A stretch of DNA of 64,000 nucleotides from Trichodelitschia bisporula. Its lineage: Eukaryota. Location of the stretch: assembly GCA_010356995.1 (NCBI GenBank), contig ML996707.1, positions 186,001-250,000 of the forward strand, given 5' to 3'. The first letter of the stretch is position 1, and every line of letters starts with the position of its first letter. The notes under the pieces are model-generated. The model was not told the DNA's origin. It did no database searches and saw only the letters and a program-made list of their open reading frames with translations. Positions 59,095 to 64,000 of this stretch are shown here, in pieces. Both the position numbers and the translations under genes were made by a program.

Positions 59095-59299
59095 GAAGGA
59101 GCATTGTGATGTCAAGAAGGTAACATACTGAGGATCATGAAGTAATGAGCGCATGATAGAAGGAAGGAGTAAAGGGGGATACTTGGCATTGTGTATTTAA
59201 ATCTGAAGAGTCTCTTCCTCTTCCTTTCTTTGTCTTCTACTTCAATCTTCAGTTTACACAGTTGCCGTTGCACGTTTTAGAGCTTTGCTCCCTTCACCT
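59095..59299 (+). repeat. Dispersed repeat family, copy F
   Basis: Closest match to copy B along its whole length, lacking the 8-bp array expansion. Confidence 0.85.
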
Positions 59300-60396
59300 T
59301 TGCTTATGATGCGCAACTGCAGCTCTCTCTGCGATTACTTGCAAAGTTCTTTCTGCAAGATGCCAGGGGAACGCGGACAGGCCGTCAGTATGCTAAAGGA
59401 CTAAATCCGTCGTATGACAGCAAGTAACGCCAGGGTCAACTTTCGAGTTTGCACCTTCTGTCGCACGGTTTGCGCCTTCCGTCTCAAACTCTTAGGAGAG
59501 ACGTCACCCTCAGTCGCTAAGTTCTATATGCATCTCGAACCATGAACCGATATGCCATGTCAACCATCTCAAAAGTTTAGGCCTTGACAAAGGACGACGA
59601 AAGCTTCATGTATGTCATGTAGGGCATCGCAGGTGACGAGTACAACAGCCTCGTCCTCACCCGTCATCACTCTCACCCAGCAGCAGTAAACAAAGTAATA
59701 GCATCCCAGCCTCAGATTACCCGACGATCTACCTCGCCCACTCCGCGTTCGACCCAAAAACAGCACCCGCCATCCGGAATAATTCGCCATCCCCACCCAC
59801 GGCCCACGAGTCTCACACCCAACCCACGCCCTCCAAAACCGCGTTTCAAAATCCCCGGTTCCCACGCCGCACCCACCCACCCGCCCGCCGACCTCGTCTA
59901 TCGCGCGCAGTCCGCGCAGCTAAGATCATGCGCTTGCCACCAAAGCTTAGACGCGCGGCGTGCCTCAGGCGCGCCGACTTGCGTAGCCCTGTCAGCCCGA
60001 AAGTGCTGTTTCGCACTGTCATTTATGTTTGACGTGGGTGGGCGAATGAGCGTGTTGCGCGGGGGGAGGATCACTATATGTGTTTCCTGGAGTGGCCACA
60101 AGGGCTGGGGCATGAGGGTTGGAGATGGGCAGGATGCGATGGGGCTGTGGCGTGTGGGTTTTATCCCCGACGGGGTGGCCGCGTCAAGAGGGTGTAGAGC
60201 GGCGCAGCTAAGGTCTGGTGTTTGATGCGAGGCGTGGTATAAGGATTGGCGACTTCTTGACTCTTCGATGTTGCAGCGGAGTTCGAGACGGAGGAGCGAT
60301 TCGACCTACGAAACGAAACCGTTCTTCTCCCTGGGTTTTGTTCTGCAATTGCACAGCCGCTACGTCTTGGGTTTCGCACGCTAAGCGATCGCCACT

Positions 60397-61087
60397 ATGC
60401 ATTTCAACGCTTTCCTCGCTGGCGTCGTCCTTGCGGCGGCCCCGTTTGCTGCGGCTGATGCGCCGACTGCGACGGATGCTGGCGCCGGCATGACGCACTC
60501 GCCGGGCATGAACCATAGGAAGAACGGCGCGTGGGCGTCGTACATGGCGACCGCGGACCCGGTAAAGGTATGTCCAGGACGCCGTCATACTCACCCCCAT
60601 CTCCCGAACACCCCACTCACGAAAGCAGGTCGCAACCCTCAAATCCGACCTCCACTCCCTACACTCCAGCATGCACGCCAACCCCATGTTCACCAGCATG
60701 AAAGCCGTCATGGCCACCGCAGCCCCCTCCTCGTGGTCCGAATTCGCACGCACAAACCCGCAATCCGCGCACCAGATGCTTAAATCCAATCCGCCGGATT
60801 GGTACAAGAGCGTGCCCGCCGATGTGAAGAGCTTTATGAGTGAGAATCGGAAGGCGGAGAAGAGTGTTTTTAGTAAGGACCTTGGGCCGTTGCCGACGGG
60901 TGTGAGGGAGGATGGGAAGCATGGGGATAAGGGAGATAAGGGGGATAAGGGGGGGCCGTCGACGACGGCGAAGGCGGGTCAGAATCAGGCGCAGCCGGCG
61001 GGGCAGAAGAGTGAGGCGGGGAGTGTGGCAGTTGCGGCGAGTGCGGCGTTCCTTGGAGCGTTGGGGATGGCGATGTTGATGATGTAG
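60397..61087 (+). CDS. Small secreted, probably GPI-anchored cell-wall protein
   Basis: Signal peptide MHFNAFLAGVVLAAAPFAAA, intron ~60568-60628, PDWYKSVPADVKSF motif, hydrophobic C-terminus. Confidence 0.8.
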
Positions 61088-62404
61088 TTGCGGATGGGGG
61101 TAACCGGTGGTGGCCGAGGGTGAAGTGAGGGGTTTGGGAAGCATTGGAGAGGAGATAGTGCTGGTGGTCGCTTCGAGGGTGGAGTGAGGAGTTTAGGAAG
61201 CATGGAGGAGGGAACTTGGTATTGGTGAAGGCTTCGAGGCCGCGGGATCGGAAAACGGGATCGAATTTGCTCTTCCGGCGTTTCGGGAGTCTGGAACGTT
61301 CCTCGGATGAGAACCAAACCACGTTCTTTAACTTTGATGAGCGGGACGAACGGCCGGGCGTTGGGCATATCTGGGTGTTTGATAGTCTGTACCTCTACCC
61401 TCGTTTAGCATTGGCGTTTTTGCGGTAAAATCAGCGGTCTTTAGGCGGGTGGGGAATACTAGATGTTTGAATCGGATGTTTGCGCTGATGATGTGCGATC
61501 GAGACTGAGAATGTAATATCGTGCTTGGTGGGCATAGGGCATGCGTAGATGACAACCCCGAGCATTGGCCATTGTAATATGCGGCGCGCCGTCGGCGGGT
61601 CGTGCCGACGACTTGAGCACATTACTGTGGTAATTAGCTACGAGCACGTCTTTCCAGCGTCACCCGATTCAAAGGTCGCGATGAACGGCGATGCACAGCC
61701 TCCGGCCCTGGGGTTAGCGCCCAGGTGTCACGTAATGGTACTGTCATTGGTGGGGTAGATGTTCAATACCAAGCAGAGCTCCCTCCTCATGACGCGCTGA
61801 AGAGGTCGTCAACGCTCGGCACCCCGCTACCCTACCCCGCTGTAAGGCTGAGCATTGCGCGCGGGCAATGACGCCAAACCTGTCACTCCGGTTCTAGATG
61901 TCAGCACTATGGCCGCGGTCGGGCGCTAACCCGATGCGTAGTATCAACCCCAAAGCAGCACGTCTGGGCCCAATGCTTCGCACGGTGGCCAGAAGGTTCA
62001 TCTCGGTTTTCGCATTGCAGGTCCATTACCGGGCTGAGGAAGAGCACGTTGTTGAATTATCACCTCATTGGGCTCATTTCTTTCACCATGAAGGGAGGGA
62101 GTCTGGGTGTTGTGGATAGAGGGTGGTATGCGCTGAGAGTACGATTTTGGGAGAGGATCGTGGGTTGGTGGGTGGGATCGAGAGTGTGAGTTTGGGGGGT
62201 AATGTCTGGTCGTTAGGACTGAGGGACCGTTAGCGCTGGTCTAGAGCCGAGAAGCTAGAAGCTCAGCCTCGCGAGGCAGAGGACTACCGAGTCGTCGAAA
62301 CGGATATAAAAGAGCGTTACCATCTCACCTCCAGTATCCCAACCATCACTCTCCATTCCACACCTCCACACACCGCAGCTTCCTTCCCTCCATTCGCACC
62401 AAAA

Positions 62405-63372
62405 ATGCAGCCCCTCACCCTCCTCCTCCTGGCCGCCACAGCCAGCGCCCAATCCCTCGCCTCAGTGCTCACCAACCCCGCCGTCTCCGAGCTCGCGGCG
62501 GTGCTCAGCGCCTACCCTGCCATCGTCAAGACCCTGAGCGGCGCAAAGGACATCACGATCCTGGCCCCCGCCAACGGCGCCCGCGGGCTCCGCCAGTTGG
62601 CCGGCGCGGCCAAGTACGAGAAATACGCGCCCGGGCTCACGGAGGCCACGTTGACTTACCACGTGCTCAAGGGCGCGATCCCCGCCTCCGCGGTCCCGGC
62701 GAATGCGTTCGTTGAGACCCTGCTTACGAACGGGAATTACTCGGCTGTGACGGGGGGCCAGCGCGTGCAGGCCACGAAGAAGGATGGGAAGGTTGTGTTT
62801 ATCTCAGGTGGAGGCGCGAAGTCGACTGTTACCGCGGCGGTGAGTAGGTTGGGGTGTTTTGGGACACGGGCTGACTTCGACAGGATATCAAGTTCGACGG
62901 GGGGGTGATTCATCTGATTGACGCCGTGCTGCAGCCGCCGCAGGCACCCAGCATCGTCGCGCGCGCGGGCGGGCTGACGACCCTCGCCTCGACGCTGGCA
63001 TCGCAGGGGCTGGCGAAGACGGTGGATGGCTTGAAGGGGATTACGATCTTTGCGCCTACGAACGCGGCGTTCGATGCTGCGTCAGGCCTCATCGAGACAT
63101 TGTCCAAGGAGCAGTTGGCGGGTGCGCTGACGTACCATGTCGTCAAGGCTGTGGCGTACAGCACTGATGTCAAGGATGGGCTTGAGGTGCCGACTGTGCA
63201 GGGGAAGACGTTGAAGATTACCGTGAAGGGGGGGTCGGTGTATGTGAACAAGGCGAAGGTGATCAAGACGGATATTTTGACGAAGAACGGGGTTGTGCAT
63301 GTTATTGATGGGTAAGTGGTTCTTTCCTGGGAGGGGACGCTGGCTAACAGATGTAGTGTCCTGACGCCGTAA
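62405..63372 (+). CDS. Secreted fasciclin protein with two FAS1 domains
   Basis: Signal peptide, ITILAPAN/ITIFAPTNAAF, LTYHV, VIHLIDAVL/VVHVIDGVL. Introns ~62840-62883 and 63312-63356. TATAAAA at ~62305. Confidence 0.92.
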
Positions 63373-63445
63373 ACGGTCGACGCGAAGGGGATGCTGGATA
63401 CTGGGTGATGGCCATTGGCTTGTATTCTGCTGTACATATCTCGCG

Positions 63446-64000
63446 CTACTTGATGTCCGCGCTGCTCACGACTGTGCCGAAACAGTCGGCCAATTCCAGT
63501 AGCACAATCTATTCCGTTAGTTTTACGTTCTCAACCATGCGGACTGCTTACCCTCGTGACCTCATCCCCCGACGCACCGGGGATATCCCGATCCCCAATC
63601 GCATCCCCAGCAATCACAACATCAAATCCCAACTGATACGCCTCGCGCGCCGTCGTCGATACACACACATGCGCCTAAAAACCAACCATCAGCCCCATCC
63701 CCACCCCGCGACCTCACCATAAACCTACCATATACCCAACCAGCACCACCTTCTTCACCCCCTTCCCCTCCAGTATCTCCTTCAACCCCGTCCCCGCAAA
63801 GCTCCCCGGAAACTTCTTGCTTACAACCGGCTCGCCTTCCCTCGGCGCCAGTTCGTCAAACTCCGCGGCCAGCGCCGTGCCGGGCGTAAACACAGGCGCG
63901 CCGTCCGGGACCTCGTGCGTGATGTGCACGACGTGCCCGCCCGCGGCACGGTACCGCTCTAGCAAAGTCTTTATGGCGGGCCGCGAGATGTCTAGGTTCG
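63446..64000 (-). CDS. Isochorismatase-family cysteine hydrolase (5'-truncated)
   Basis: [40 protein letters not shown]. Two introns, stop at 63446-63448. Confidence 0.88.

Noticed and set aside
1..64000. tRNA, 5S rRNA, CRISPR-like arrays, secondary-metabolite cluster, TGA-CTA readthrough PTS1 extensions
   Set aside because: None recognised by eye: no backbone PKS/NRPS gene, and the stop contexts I checked lack the readthrough motif. A covariance-model scan is still needed to exclude small RNAs.

Overview
Eukaryotic, intron-containing DNA from a filamentous ascomycete (Pezizomycotina; inferred from short 40-60 nt GT-AG introns with (G)CTRAC branch sites and from the gene families present). 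It is GC-rich, with two assembly N-gaps (42769-42842, 56425-56513). About 27 protein genes can be supported: MFS anion:cation symporter, SRA/YDG protein, PPR protein, histidine acid phosphatase, MoaA-MoaC (cnxABC/MOCS1), polyQ bZIP factor, tRNase Z, GH92 mannosidase, GT71 mannosyltransferase, GprK-type 7TM-RGS receptor, Rps5, SDR, GT8, Mis12, F-box-like protein, HSPA12-like Hsp70, GPI-type wall protein, fasciclin, isochorismatase and several unknowns. No rRNA, tRNA or CRISPR was recognised. The most notable signals the ORF track does not show are: (1) a degenerate ~200-280 bp dispersed repeat with at least six copies, one of which appears to donate the TATA box and ATG of an orphan gene; (2) a spliced 27-aa zinc-ribbon-like micropeptide gene; (3) a 217-codon AUG-less N-terminal extension of tRNase Z that begins like a mitochondrial presequence; (4) a copia-gag-like segment in frame with an SDR; (5) an intron-retention switch between MoaA(-GG) and a MoaA-MoaC fusion; and (6) a systematic 5' C-rich / 3' G-rich polarity of coding strands. 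All family assignments come from motif recognition by eye, not from database searches.
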